The notes below the pieces were generated by a model that saw only the letters and a program-made list of their open reading frames with translations, did not search any database and had not been told where the DNA came from. This document shows positions 27,863 through 38,809 of a stretch of 64,000 bases of DNA, piece by piece. Source of the stretch: a virus (taxonomy: Duplodnaviria > Caudoviricetes); IMG/VR virus record IMGVR_UViG_3300026522_000030, positions 4,990 to 68,989 of that record; one strand, 5' to 3'. A program made the translations under genes and the position numbers. How positions within the stretch are numbered: the stretch's first letter is position 1; every line of letters starts with the position of its first letter.

Positions 27863-28195
27863 ATGGCTAATCTCGCAAAATGCTTAATTTGTGGCGAGAA
27901 GTATAATTATTGTCCTTCATGTGCTGGTACTCATGCGTGGAAGTTTTACACTGATACGCATGAGCATTACCAGATTTATATGATAATTGAACAGTACAAC
28001 TCCAAAGTGTACAGCAAGGATGATGCAAGGATTGCTTTTGAAAATATTGGCATAACAGCTGATAGTGATTTAAGCAATTTGAAGCCGAGTATCGCTGAAC
28101 AAATTAAGGATATTGTAGCTGTCGAAACTTCAAAAGAAGGTAAGACAACTATTAGAAAAACAAGAAGAAGCAAACTTTATAAAGATGAATTATAA
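27863..28195 (+). CDS. hypothetical protein (N-terminal CxxC..CxxC)
   Basis: AAGGAGG RBS; CLICG..YCPSC. Confidence 0.7.
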   Translation: MANLAKCLICGEKYNYCPSCAGTHAWKFYTDTHEHYQIYMIIEQYNSKVYSKDDARIAFENIGITADSDLSNLKPSIAEQIKDIVAVETSKEGKTTIRKTRRSKLYKDEL

Positions 28196-28202
28196 TTAAG
28201 AA

Positions 28203-28242
28203 AGGGGTAAGAAAATATAGAACTTACCCCTATTTTCTTTTT
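28203..28242 (+). terminator. intrinsic terminator
   Basis: AGGGGTAAG/CTTACCCCT stem followed by T-tract. Confidence 0.7.
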
Positions 28243-28250
28243 AGAACCCC

Positions 28251-28279
28251 TTGACAACTCATGAAATTAGTGGTATAAT
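28251..28279 (+). promoter_or_regulatory. sigmaA promoter of GIY-YIG gene
   Basis: TTGACA-N17-TATAAT with TGn. Confidence 0.85.
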
Positions 28280-28382
28280 ATAATTAGAGAAGGTGTAGGC
28301 TTTTTGCACTCTGTCATGGTAACAAATGATGTTTTACTTAATATTTTGTTATGTTAATGTGAATGAAGGGGAGAGGTTGAAA

Positions 28383-29264
28383 ATGCATATTGATAAATTA
28401 TTTAGTGTTTATACACTGTACAATCCTATAAGTCAAAAATATTATGTGGGAATTACATCGCAAAACCCAAAAGATAGATGGAAAAGGGGTAGAGCCTATT
28501 CTCATAACATACATCTAACCAGAGCTGTAGAAAAATATGGTTGGGAAACATTTGAAAAGAACGTTATTGCAACAAATTTGCCGTTTGAGGTCGCAGCACG
28601 ATTTGAACAACGTTTGATACGCGAATGTGATAGTTATAAAAATGGATATAATCAATCTTACGGCGGTGAAAATAGTTCAAGTTTTTCAATGAGCGACGAA
28701 GCAAGAAAGAAAATTGCAGATTCGCGTAAAGGAAAATGTGGGGAGCAGTGCTGGAATTATGGCAAGCACATCGAAGAAATTATGGGCGACAATTATGAAA
28801 CGTGGCTTACTAATGTTAGAGCAGCTCGTCAGTTGCCCACAAAGAAATGGAAGAAAGTAATTTGTCTTAACGATATGAAGATTTATGATAGCTGTGAAAA
28901 GGCTAATGAAGCTTATGGGATAACAACTGTTAATGATATTTGTCATTGCAAAAGAGGAACTGATAAATACGATTCTCGTGGTTATGAATATAAATTTGAT
29001 TTTTATGAAGAAGGAAAAGAGTATACTTTCAATGATTATAATTTAAGGCACTCGGAGAGAGCTGTTAGATGTGTAAATACGGGAGAAATCTTTTACAAAG
29101 TAAGCGAAGTGGCAAGAGTATTGGGTTGCGATGCTTCTGCTATATTAAAAGTCATAAAAGGGAAAATCAAACACACTCACGGATATGTTTTCGAGTATTG
29201 TGGAGAACAATATTCACGAAAGGAAAAGGCAAAGAAATCTCAGCAACAAATTACATCATGCTAA
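28383..29264 (+). CDS. GIY-YIG homing endonuclease with NUMOD3/NUMOD1-type DNA-binding domains
   Basis: 'VYTLYN..KYYVGIT..R..E..GYN'; 'VRCVNTGEIF..EVAR..G..F' C-terminal repeats. Confidence 0.9.
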   Translation: MHIDKLFSVYTLYNPISQKYYVGITSQNPKDRWKRGRAYSHNIHLTRAVEKYGWETFEKNVIATNLPFEVAARFEQRLIRECDSYKNGYNQSYGGENSSSFSMSDEARKKIADSRKGKCGEQCWNYGKHIEEIMGDNYETWLTNVRAARQLPTKKWKKVICLNDMKIYDSCEKANEAYGITTVNDICHCKRGTDKYDSRGYEYKFDFYEEGKEYTFNDYNLRHSERAVRCVNTGEIFYKVSEVARVLGCDASAILKVIKGKIKHTHGYVFEYCGEQYSRKEKAKKSQQQITSC

Positions 29265-29773
29265 TATCGTTATTGAAGCAAGCACAAAAGTTTGGAGGTG
29301 GTTGTACGAAAATCCTCGCAATAGATCAAGCGTCTCGCCATTCAGCTTTTAGTATCGGAGTAAATGGTAAACTCACCGATTACGGAGAGCTTAATGCAAA
29401 TGGTGAAGGTGATGACCGCATATATGAAATGGCGGTTCTGATAAAAAAGAAAATTAAACAGGTCAAGCCCGATGTGGTGTATTTCGAGAATATACAATTG
29501 CAGGCTGGGAATGTTTCTGTTTATCAAATGCTCGCTCGTTTACAGGGTGAGCTTATTTTTATGTTCAAAGAAATGAAGATGCCTTACAAAATTGTTGCAC
29601 CTGTAACGTGGAAGGCACACATTGGGATTTGCAAAGGTAAACGCGATGTTCAAAAACAGGCTTGTATTGAGCTTATGCAAGAAAAGTATGGTGTAGACTT
29701 ATTGGGTAATGATGATGTTGCAGATAGTCTCGGCATACTTACTTATGCAATAGATAATGAAAAGGAGATTTAA
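29258..29773 (+). CDS. RuvC-like Holliday junction resolvase
   Basis: 'KILAIDQAS', 'VYFE', 'WK', 'DDVADSLGI'; true start uncertain (ATG 29258 or ACG 29306). Confidence 0.8.
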   Translation: MLISLLKQAQKFGGGCTKILAIDQASRHSAFSIGVNGKLTDYGELNANGEGDDRIYEMAVLIKKKIKQVKPDVVYFENIQLQAGNVSVYQMLARLQGELIFMFKEMKMPYKIVAPVTWKAHIGICKGKRDVQKQACIELMQEKYGVDLLGNDDVADSLGILTYAIDNEKEI

Positions 29774-29775
29774 TT

Positions 29776-30354
29776 ATGGCAAATATTACAGACGTTATCG
29801 GCAAGAACTTTGCTCTCAGAAACACAACCAAGAATATCAACGGCGCAAAGGTAGAAATCAAGGGCTACCTCGACGTAAACACAATGGCAAACATCGTGCA
29901 AACCGTAGCACAGACCTGTTTTCAGAACGGCGAGTTTCACGCAGAAAATCGTGAAATCGCGCGTCGCTTCGCGATACTGAAATATCTTACCGATATAGAG
30001 GTAAACGAAGAAGAAATCAGTGAAGTTTTTAAATGTACGCAGGCTGGAAATTGGTTTGCGCAGATTGAGAATGACGTAACAAGACTTCCATTATGGGCAG
30101 AGGTAGAATCGGCAATTGATAAGCAAATTGACTTTATGTTCCTGACACACAAGACCTCGTTTGACAAGCTGTGTTCTGACATATCGGCAAATATCGCAGT
30201 AGATAACACACAGAATCTTGCCGATATAAAGGAAGTGCTTGACGGGCTGAGTAAGGTGAATGAAAAGGATTTTGTAAAGGCAATAACCGATAATGTTATA
30301 GAAAAGACGGGTGGTGAGCCTAATGGCGAAAAGTCTGAAGGAGCAACTAAGTAA
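29776..30354 (+). CDS. putative tail assembly chaperone / hypothetical
   Basis: 192 aa upstream of tape measure; positional. Confidence 0.45.
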   Translation: MANITDVIGKNFALRNTTKNINGAKVEIKGYLDVNTMANIVQTVAQTCFQNGEFHAENREIARRFAILKYLTDIEVNEEEISEVFKCTQAGNWFAQIENDVTRLPLWAEVESAIDKQIDFMFLTHKTSFDKLCSDISANIAVDNTQNLADIKEVLDGLSKVNEKDFVKAITDNVIEKTGGEPNGEKSEGATK

Positions 30355-30871
30355 AATTGCATTAAAAAAAGTTAAAATGTCTGATGGCAAAACGCTTGCA
30401 ACAACAATGGTACACGAGGCGCAAAGGCTGTATGACTGTATTCAGTATTACATTGACAGGTATTATGACAGTTATCAGCCTACAATATATGAGCGTACTA
30501 ATGGATATAAAAATGCGTTGTATGCAGAGGGATTAGCAGACATTAAGATTGTGGGCAATACATTGCATATTGGCGTGGGATTTCAAAATGACTTGGCAAT
30601 GCACCCAAATCTTTCAGGAGTATATCGAGAAGATTTTGGCGGTGAATATTGGATTCCTATTAAAGAAAGACATGAAACGTTTGTTCCAATTCTCATGGAA
30701 AAAGGTTGGAGAGCACCACGTCTCGCAAATATGATAGGACAAGAAGTTCCACGCTTGACTTATTTTGCAGGAATTAACGCCGTAGAAAAGGGCATAAGAG
30801 ATTTTAACAAAACAAATAAATTAGGTATAAAAATAGATGCCGATGACTTCTTCGGTGGCAAGGCATATTGA
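30323..30871 (+). CDS. hypothetical tail-module protein
   Basis: ORF directly before tape measure. Confidence 0.6.
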   Translation: MAKSLKEQLSKIALKKVKMSDGKTLATTMVHEAQRLYDCIQYYIDRYYDSYQPTIYERTNGYKNALYAEGLADIKIVGNTLHIGVGFQNDLAMHPNLSGVYREDFGGEYWIPIKERHETFVPILMEKGWRAPRLANMIGQEVPRLTYFAGINAVEKGIRDFNKTNKLGIKIDADDFFGGKAY

Positions 30872-30888
30872 CGAAAAGAGGTGGTTAG

Positions 30889-33800
30889 ATGGCAGATAAT
30901 ATGATAGAGTTAGTTGCTTCGTTAAATGTAAACGATAGTGCGAAACAAATTAACACAGTTGATATTCCTAAATTGCAGAAAAAAATCGAAGGAATAAAAA
31001 TCAAGTGCGAGTTAGACACCGAAGGTATTTCTTCTATACAGTCGCAACTGGCAAGTATTAGCAAAAATCTCAAGATAGAAGCCCCTAAAATTAATGCTGA
31101 TATAAGCACAGAAAACATAAATAAAAAAATTGGTACAATTTCAACTGTTTATGCAGAGGGGGCAAAGCAGTCTGAAATCTTACATTTAAAACAAGAACGT
31201 TTGCAGCAAGATTACGATATTCTAACAGCTAAAATTCAAAAAACAAAATTAGCTTTAGACAGTTTGGCTACGCGAGATGGTGTTAATTACAATGAAGTCT
31301 TTACTGGTATAATGAGTAAAGAAATTGTTGATGAGACATCTTTAAATAGGGCGAGAGACGCTCTGTCAGCAATAAGGAAAGAATTTCAACTTGCAAATGC
31401 TCAAATGACCTCTGACATACCTCAAAACGCAATAGAGAATTTTATTCAAAGAATTGCCAAAGCTGATTCTCAAATTAAGATACTTACAGTTGATTACCAA
31501 AAACTAAATAATGTTCCGCAAAACTTAGAGAATAGTTTCCAAGAGTTGCAAAAACTGGTAAGTGGCTTTGATTTTTCAACAGATTTTCAGAATGAGTCAA
31601 AAGAAGGTATAAATGAAAAAATTCAAGCATACACCAAAATAAAGGTTGCGCTCAACGAAACACAAGCACTTTTAAAAGTTGCCCAGAAAGAAGAAGCTGC
31701 CTTTAATAAGGAATTTGAGAGAGAGCTTAAAATTGAAGAACGTATAAATAAAGAAAAAGAAAAAACGTTTAACAAAGAATTTGAGCAAGCCCTTAAAGAA
31801 GAACAACAGCAACTTGCAGTAGAGCAAAAGCGTGTTGAGGTTGCAAAGCAACTTCGTGAGGAGCAACAACATGATTACTGGCAAGGTCGTTTTGAAGAAT
31901 CGGTTAAGGGAATGACTGCTGAAAATCAAGTCCTCAAAGATATGAAAAAGTATTATGAGGATTTGAATAAAGCTCAAAAGGAAGTTGAAAAGCAAGAAAA
32001 GAAAACTTTTCAGGAAGATAATCGTGTCGCCAATCTTCAAAACCGCATTAAGCGTCTTACTGCGGATATAAACTCTTATGCCGCAGCAAACAAGAGGGCT
32101 GTCGAATCTACAAAGCAGATGTCAAGCGGAAGGTCTTTTGCAGATGAGTGGTCGAGAATAACTTCTGTAATGGCAAAGGGTGCAGACCTTACTGACAGAG
32201 AACTCAAAGACTTATCGGCTGACATGGCTGTGTTCCGCAAAGAAGCACAAGCGGCGGGATTGGCTGGAGCATCAGCGTTTGAGAAATTTGGCAATGCTTT
32301 TAAAACAATTTCAACTTATATATCGGCAAATCAGATTATCAATACTGTTATAAGCCAAATAAGAAATGCTGTTACTGAATTGCAAACGGTAGATGAACGA
32401 TTAACTGAAATCTCAAAAACATCTGACAGAAGTGCGGAGAGTTTGAGGCGACTTGGACAAGAATCTTTTGATGCTGCAAGTCAGTACGGTAGGACTGCCA
32501 GCGATTATCTGCTCGGCGTACAGGAAATGAGTAGAGCGGGTTTTGGAGAAGTTGAATCAGAAAACCTTGCACAACTTTCTCTTTTAGCTCAGTCTGCCGG
32601 AGATATGACTGCTGAATTGGCTAACGAATATATTATAGCCACAAATGCGGCATATGGATATCAGGGAAGTCTTGAGAAATTGACGAAAGTTTTAGACTCT
32701 CAGAACTATGTAACCAACCATTATGCTCTGAATATGTCTCAGCTTGCAGAAGCTACAAAAATAGCGGGTTCTCAGGCAGCACAATCCGGTATTGGTATTG
32801 ATGAGATGACTGCTGCTCTGGCAACAATGATTTCAACCACTCAGCAAGGTGGAGAAATCGCCAGCCGCGCCCTGAGAGGCATTTTGATGAATATCCAGCA
32901 AGTCAAAGGCGAAGTTGGTGATGGCGAGGAAGATATCACCGCTGAGTCTTTGTCTAAATATGAAAAAGCTGCGGAGGCTCTTGGCGTATCTTTAAAAGAG
33001 GTACGAAATGGTGCTGTGGCTTTGCGTGACCCAATGGTCGTGCTTGACGAATTAGCAACAGCTTTCAATAAAGAAGCAGATGACAGTGTCAAGAAGGCAA
33101 ATTTAATTAGTGCTGTCGGAGGTAAATATCGCGGCAATCAACTTGCTGCCCTACTTTCACAATGGGACACTTACAAAGAAATACTTGAAACCTATCGTTC
33201 TGATGCCGCTATAGGCTCAGCAGCGATAGAAGCAGAAAAATCTGCGAATAACTGGACTGGTTCTATCAACAAATTGAAAAATAGTTGGGCAGAACTTGTC
33301 AATGAATTTATCAACTCTGATACAGCTATTAACACAATTCAGAGTTTAAATACGGCAGTCCAAAGTTTGACAGATTCATCCGTAATGGACGGATTGAAAG
33401 CTCTGGCTACCATATTTACAAGCTTAGTTCAGCTTTTCGGAAAAGCAAGTAGCACTTTCGGAACGTTGCCTACTTTGATAGCAACTATAAGTTCAATTAA
33501 AACTCTTACAGGTGGCAAGCCATCTATATTTGGCTTAGAAGAACTTGATAAGGGCACGAAAAGGCTGACATTGTTTGGAAAAGGACTTAATGACGTATCA
33601 GGTGGATTCTTAAAGGCTAAGGCTGGTGCTTTAGCTGCAAGAGCTGGAGTAGTTGCTCTTAACGCCGCACTCTCAATTGGTTTTTCTCTGGCAGTTGGTG
33701 TTGCGGTGTCTTGGATTACCAAACTTATAAACAAAGAAAAAGAAGCTGCCGAAGAAGCAGAAAAACTTAGAGTTGAAAGAGAGCAAAGACTAAACAACAC

Positions 33801-36800
33801 GGTTTCTGAAATTAAAGCATACGAAGAAGAAACTAAAAATATTCAGGACTTAGTGGGTCAGTATATAAAACTTGCATCTACAACAGAAAATTTGTCGACT
33901 GCAAAAGATAGTCTGCTTCCTATACAAGATCAAATTATTAATAAATATGGGCTTGAAGCTGATGCTATTGATTTAGTTAATGGCAAACTTGAAGATAATA
34001 TTGGTTTACTGCTTGAACAAGAAAAGCAGAGAAATGAAAGTTGGCTTACGGATAATAGACAGACAATTAAAGATGCCGAGGAATTTTTTGGACAGAGCCT
34101 TTCTTTGTCTACATTTAAAATAGACACTCTTACGGATAGAAGTGATGTTGTTAAAAAGGCGGCTGTTACCGAGGCTAATATATTTTATAAATCTTTAAAA
34201 GATGCCTTAGAAGAACAAAATGTATCGGATTTGTTTACATATAATGAAGATATAATCGAAAGGCAGATTAACAATCAAGCTGTAAAAGATTTAAGGTATA
34301 ATATTTCTCTTAAAGAGGGACTGGATGCAGAACAAACAAAACGAGCTATAGACGCTTATGTTGATGCTTATAAACAATTAATAGAGCAGAAAGGTTCTGT
34401 GGCAGATTATTTTGATTTAGAGGGAGATAGACAAGACCACGTTTTAGGTGTTTTAAAACAAGTTTCTGATTATTATGATATAATCCAAACTAAACAGCAG
34501 ATGCTTTCTGAGTCTGAATCTCTTGAAGCTCTTTTAAGTGGTGAGGATTTAAAAACTTATCAAGACACGGTAAAGCAGCTTACAGAACTCTCTCAAACTA
34601 TAAATGACGTAACTGCTACACCTGCTAAAAGACAAGGTGCAAGGCAATCTCTCGAAGAACAAGAAGCTGTTATACGTAATCTCATAGAAGAATATCCGGC
34701 TTTAGAAGATATTGCAACGGCAACGCTCAACAATATTGGCTTAGTGGCATCTGGAGTAGCCGCAGACGAAGAACAAATCTATCGCGACTTTTTGGAATCT
34801 CTTGATAATGTGCATAAGGGTGCGATGGAGAATATCAACAAGATTGAATCCGCAATGGTCAAGCTTATAAAAGGTGAGGGATTAGATCATAATTCTGCAT
34901 GGGAAATCTTAAAACTTGATACGGACAAACTTTTAAAGCCAGTGATAGATTCTGCCGGCAAATATCATTTTGAACTCGATGATATAGTTGCATTAAAAGA
35001 TAGCATTATTGATAAGAACCGCACTTTGATAGAGCAAGATATGCAAGAGACGCAGTTAGCAAAGCAAAGAGCCGATAGTGAATTACAAGTATTGCAATTG
35101 GAAATGGCACGAGTTAATACTCGTATTCGTAATGAAGCATCGGGAAATACCCGCCCCACAGAAGAATTAGTGCGCAAGCAAGCAGACCTTAGACAGCAGA
35201 TTGAATCATTAACTAAGAGTTCAAAGGCATACGGTGACGAGATTGAAAGAGATTCTATTTTAATCAAGGAATATAACGCTCACTCAGGTAATCTTCTTAA
35301 TACCGAAAAGATGTTACAAGCTCAGATTGATGCTTTGAAGAAATCCCAAGAGCAACTCAAAACCGAAATCAGCGATCTCAACACTCAGGCGGATAAAATG
35401 CTCAAGGCTCAAGAAATGAAAATTGACGGAATCGTAGACGGCCTTGAAGCAGAATCTAAAGAGCTTGAAGATAGTAAACAGCTCTTAGAAGATCAGCTTG
35501 ACATTCTTGAAGAACAAAAAGAAGAACTCGAAGAAGTTGTCAAGAATTACGAAACTATTGCTAATGTTGTAGATAGCACTATCTCAAAGCAAATCGATGA
35601 GATTGAAGAAAACCGTCAGGCTATTGAGGATTATTACAACAATCTTATTGATAAACTGAAGGAAGAAAACTCTGAAAGAGCTGACGCTTTAGACTACGCC
35701 GAAAAACTTGCCGCTTTAGAAAATGCCAAAAACAATAAGGTGCGAGTTTATGGCACTGGTACTGGCTGGACGTATAAAGTTGACCAAGACGCTTTGGTGA
35801 AGGCGCAAAGAGCGTTAGAAGATGCCGATACAAACAAGGCAGTAAGCGAACTCGAAAAAGAGCGAGACAGAGCGATATCCGGTTTTGATGAGCAGATTAA
35901 AGCATTTGAAGAGTATGCTGACGAGTGGAAAAACACTGTTGAGGAAATCCGAAATCAAGAAGATGAACGACTTGCGGCTGAAATTTTCGGTTCTGATTGG
36001 AGAGAAAAGATTGCATCTAAAGACATTGACGTTCTCAAGAATTATAGGTCTGAATATCGCAACTACAACGCACAGTTAAAGAGCATTACGGACAACGAAA
36101 TTAAAAATCTCAAGGCAAGTATTGATGCTAAAAATGCGGAAATCGAAACTAAAAAGAAGCAGATACAGGTTTGGAAAGACTACAAATCGTCTGTTCAAAA
36201 TGCGGTAAACTCAATCAAGAACAGTCTTGACGGCTACGATGAGTTGCTTAATGCAATTATGCTGGACGAGAACTCTACCTACGAGCAGAGGCAGCGGAAT
36301 CTCAACAATTTTGCTAACAAATATTCTGATATTATTTCTCAGATAAACCGCAAGAACTCGGAACTTGATACAACTACTAATAAGATATCAAACCTCAATA
36401 GACAGATAACGGAGCTTAATAATAATCCTATAAGAATCGAAGCAGATGTATCAAGTGCTGCTGACAAAATGGCTGAGTTCATAGAAAAATATCGAGATGC
36501 CGTTGAAGCTATGAGGAAAAGGTTAGACGAAAGTGTTACGGGATACGGAACCGTTAATAGTTTATGGGATGCTCAACTTGCCGAAGCAGCAAATGCTATG
36601 AGGAGAATGGAGGGTTATTCTCAGGGTGGTTCTGTTGCTTATACTGGACTGGCTCAAGTTCACGGTTCTCCAAACAAATCCGAAACGGTGTTCAATGCAA
36701 GTCAATCTAAGGAACTGTGGGACATGGTAAGAACAGGAAGTTTTACAAACCTTGTCGCTGATAGAGCCATAAAAGGAGTAAGTTCTGTTCTTAATAATAA

Positions 36801-36945
36801 TACTTCTAACTTAAATAACAGTAGGGTTATCAATATTAACGGAATGGTTATTAAGGCTGACAATCCAAAACAATTCCACGATCAGTTTATGGCTGAAATC
36901 AACAAATATTGGAGTGTACAATTGACGGAAAGTCCTATAAGATAA
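30889..36945 (+). CDS. tail tape measure protein
   Basis: 2018 aa, mostly coiled coil; TP901-type core 'AASQYGRTASDYL..MSRAG'; C-terminal 'GYSQGG..VHGS..ETVFN'. Confidence 0.95.
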   Translation: MADNMIELVASLNVNDSAKQINTVDIPKLQKKIEGIKIKCELDTEGISSIQSQLASISKNLKIEAPKINADISTENINKKIGTISTVYAEGAKQSEILHLKQERLQQDYDILTAKIQKTKLALDSLATRDGVNYNEVFTGIMSKEIVDETSLNRARDALSAIRKEFQLANAQMTSDIPQNAIENFIQRIAKADSQIKILTVDYQKLNNVPQNLENSFQELQKLVSGFDFSTDFQNESKEGINEKIQAYTKIKVALNETQALLKVAQKEEAAFNKEFERELKIEERINKEKEKTFNKEFEQALKEEQQQLAVEQKRVEVAKQLREEQQHDYWQGRFEESVKGMTAENQVLKDMKKYYEDLNKAQKEVEKQEKKTFQEDNRVANLQNRIKRLTADINSYAAANKRAVESTKQMSSGRSFADEWSRITSVMAKGADLTDRELKDLSADMAVFRKEAQAAGLAGASAFEKFGNAFKTISTYISANQIINTVISQIRNAVTELQTVDERLTEISKTSDRSAESLRRLGQESFDAASQYGRTASDYLLGVQEMSRAGFGEVESENLAQLSLLAQSAGDMTAELANEYIIATNAAYGYQGSLEKLTKVLDSQNYVTNHYALNMSQLAEATKIAGSQAAQSGIGIDEMTAALATMISTTQQGGEIASRALRGILMNIQQVKGEVGDGEEDITAESLSKYEKAAEALGVSLKEVRNGAVALRDPMVVLDELATAFNKEADDSVKKANLISAVGGKYRGNQLAALLSQWDTYKEILETYRSDAAIGSAAIEAEKSANNWTGSINKLKNSWAELVNEFINSDTAINTIQSLNTAVQSLTDSSVMDGLKALATIFTSLVQLFGKASSTFGTLPTLIATISSIKTLTGGKPSIFGLEELDKGTKRLTLFGKGLNDVSGGFLKAKAGALAARAGVVALNAALSIGFSLAVGVAVSWITKLINKEKEAAEEAEKLRVEREQRLNNTVSEIKAYEEETKNIQDLVGQYIKLASTTENLSTAKDSLLPIQDQIINKYGLEADAIDLVNGKLEDNIGLLLEQEKQRNESWLTDNRQTIKDAEEFFGQSLSLSTFKIDTLTDRSDVVKKAAVTEANIFYKSLKDALEEQNVSDLFTYNEDIIERQINNQAVKDLRYNISLKEGLDAEQTKRAIDAYVDAYKQLIEQKGSVADYFDLEGDRQDHVLGVLKQVSDYYDIIQTKQQMLSESESLEALLSGEDLKTYQDTVKQLTELSQTINDVTATPAKRQGARQSLEEQEAVIRNLIEEYPALEDIATATLNNIGLVASGVAADEEQIYRDFLESLDNVHKGAMENINKIESAMVKLIKGEGLDHNSAWEILKLDTDKLLKPVIDSAGKYHFELDDIVALKDSIIDKNRTLIEQDMQETQLAKQRADSELQVLQLEMARVNTRIRNEASGNTRPTEELVRKQADLRQQIESLTKSSKAYGDEIERDSILIKEYNAHSGNLLNTEKMLQAQIDALKKSQEQLKTEISDLNTQADKMLKAQEMKIDGIVDGLEAESKELEDSKQLLEDQLDILEEQKEELEEVVKNYETIANVVDSTISKQIDEIEENRQAIEDYYNNLIDKLKEENSERADALDYAEKLAALENAKNNKVRVYGTGTGWTYKVDQDALVKAQRALEDADTNKAVSELEKERDRAISGFDEQIKAFEEYADEWKNTVEEIRNQEDERLAAEIFGSDWREKIASKDIDVLKNYRSEYRNYNAQLKSITDNEIKNLKASIDAKNAEIETKKKQIQVWKDYKSSVQNAVNSIKNSLDGYDELLNAIMLDENSTYEQRQRNLNNFANKYSDIISQINRKNSELDTTTNKISNLNRQITELNNNPIRIEADVSSAADKMAEFIEKYRDAVEAMRKRLDESVTGYGTVNSLWDAQLAEAANAMRRMEGYSQGGSVAYTGLAQVHGSPNKSETVFNASQSKELWDMVRTGSFTNLVADRAIKGVSSVLNNNTSNLNNSRVININGMVIKADNPKQFHDQFMAEINKYWSVQLTESPIR

Positions 36946-36991
36946 AAAAAGAATAATGCCAGCCCTTTGTGGCTGGCAGAAAGGAGGGGCG

Positions 36992-38809
36992 ATGTTACAA
37001 TTCCCTACAAATTTTCAACCAGAAAACCAATGCGTAGATACTATCTCTGATGAAAGTTATGATGTATCATTCACATTTAATGGTGACGCTATGTACGGAG
37101 CAAAATTTAATGTATACGACTACAAAACTGGCAATATAATAGACACATTTTCGTATTATACAAGAAATTATACTCCTTATAAGTTTAATGGAGAACAATT
37201 TTTGTTGACACACAATTTGACGAACGATTACGTCAACAAAAGAGATTATGTCGTACAGGCACAAATATTTCAAGGCGATTCAGTTGGCAGAGAAAATGTT
37301 TGTGACATGAAAATTACAAATGGAACAATTCAGGGATTAGGGGCTGACTCCACAAAAATCGTAATTGAGGCCAATATTGACTCGATATATGAATGGGGTT
37401 ATGATTCTATTACTGGCAAATATTTACCAACAATGAATGATGAGCGAATTGTGGCAGAAATGCAGATAGAGATAGATAATGAGAGACACACTCTTTTATC
37501 TTATAATCCAACGACAGGAGAAGTTGAGTTATCTGAAGCATTTACCACTATTTCGTTGTCGGCTGGAACAAAGTATCACATTTACTCAAATTATATCATC
37601 ACTCCTCAATATTTATTAATGTGCAGGAGAAAGCCTAATTTGTATTATAATTTGTGGCTTACGATACCTCAAGAAACTGGTGTTCCTCCGTGGTTTAATA
37701 CTCGGCCTTTGGAGTTTGGTATTAATGGACAAGCTGGTGGATGGGATGACGATAACTCATTGTCTTATTTTAATTTTAAACTTTATTATTCAGAAACACA
37801 AATGCCGTATATCGCACAGGATGATATATCTCAAATAGAAGCCGTGTCAGAACTTCTTGATGATTCGGGGTATATATATAGTGAAAGGCTCAATTACACT
37901 ACTCGGAAATGTTGGGCGACATCATCTGGTTATCTTTACCCTATCGTAACAATAAAAACAAGAAATGGGGCGATTCATAAGAGCGCAAGAGAGTATGTTC
38001 TTAAAGATATATCCACAGAAGTTACAGCGAATGGACAAGGAGATTTTAAGCAAGAAAGAGGAGATTTTGCTATTGATGGGTTTGTCCCAACTGCGGAAGT
38101 TAAACTTCTTCTGAGTATTGGCGGCGTTACCCCCTCCGAAGAAGGCAAACCCAAAAGAATAGGCATCTTCCGTGAAAATGCAGGAGTTTGGCAATTCATT
38201 CAGCAGGTCAATATTAATAGATTAGGAGAGGCAGTTGCATGGGATAATACCGCACCATTAAATACAAATGTAAGGTATAAAATCGTTCCAATTAATGAGT
38301 TTGGTGGTGTATGTGTATCGGGCATATTTGACGTAACCGTGAACACTAAAGCGAATGCTGTATCTATTATGGGTTTAATCCCAGTGAGCGATGGCATTTA
38401 TAATGCCGGAAATGAATGGTTGTTTGAAGTTGGACTTAATGACCCCACGTTGAATTTTAACTTATCTAACATTCTTCACACTTCTTATGTAAACTATCCA
38501 AGTGTTAGCCGTATGAGTTCTGATTATGTGTCGGGGAATTTTTCTGCGGATTTAGCTTACATTGGCTGTCCTAATAATGAGTTTATAGATAATATTTCTA
38601 TGATACGAGCATGGCGTAGATTTATTAAAAAATATGACGCTTATCTTTTAAAGGATTTGAAGGGTAATGTGTTTGTAATTCAAATAGTAGACATTCCGAC
38701 TTTAGGGTGGCAGGAACAAAATCCAATACGTCCAACCTCTGTTAGCTTTAATTGGGTTGAAGTTGAAGATGCTGATAAAATACAGGTTATATTGGAAGGT
38801 GGTATTTAA
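36992..38809 (+). CDS. tail-tip / distal tail protein
   Basis: beta-rich, directly after tape measure; ATG 36992 after AAGGAGG. Confidence 0.65.
   Translation: MLQFPTNFQPENQCVDTISDESYDVSFTFNGDAMYGAKFNVYDYKTGNIIDTFSYYTRNYTPYKFNGEQFLLTHNLTNDYVNKRDYVVQAQIFQGDSVGRENVCDMKITNGTIQGLGADSTKIVIEANIDSIYEWGYDSITGKYLPTMNDERIVAEMQIEIDNERHTLLSYNPTTGEVELSEAFTTISLSAGTKYHIYSNYIITPQYLLMCRRKPNLYYNLWLTIPQETGVPPWFNTRPLEFGINGQAGGWDDDNSLSYFNFKLYYSETQMPYIAQDDISQIEAVSELLDDSGYIYSERLNYTTRKCWATSSGYLYPIVTIKTRNGAIHKSAREYVLKDISTEVTANGQGDFKQERGDFAIDGFVPTAEVKLLLSIGGVTPSEEGKPKRIGIFRENAGVWQFIQQVNINRLGEAVAWDNTAPLNTNVRYKIVPINEFGGVCVSGIFDVTVNTKANAVSIMGLIPVSDGIYNAGNEWLFEVGLNDPTLNFNLSNILHTSYVNYPSVSRMSSDYVSGNFSADLAYIGCPNNEFIDNISMIRAWRRFIKKYDAYLLKDLKGNVFVIQIVDIPTLGWQEQNPIRPTSVSFNWVEVEDADKIQVILEGGI

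Noticed and set aside
29776-30871. Programmed frameshift joining the two pre-tape-measure ORFs
   Set aside because: The second ORF has its own plausible ATG (30323), and no convincing slippery heptamer was identified.
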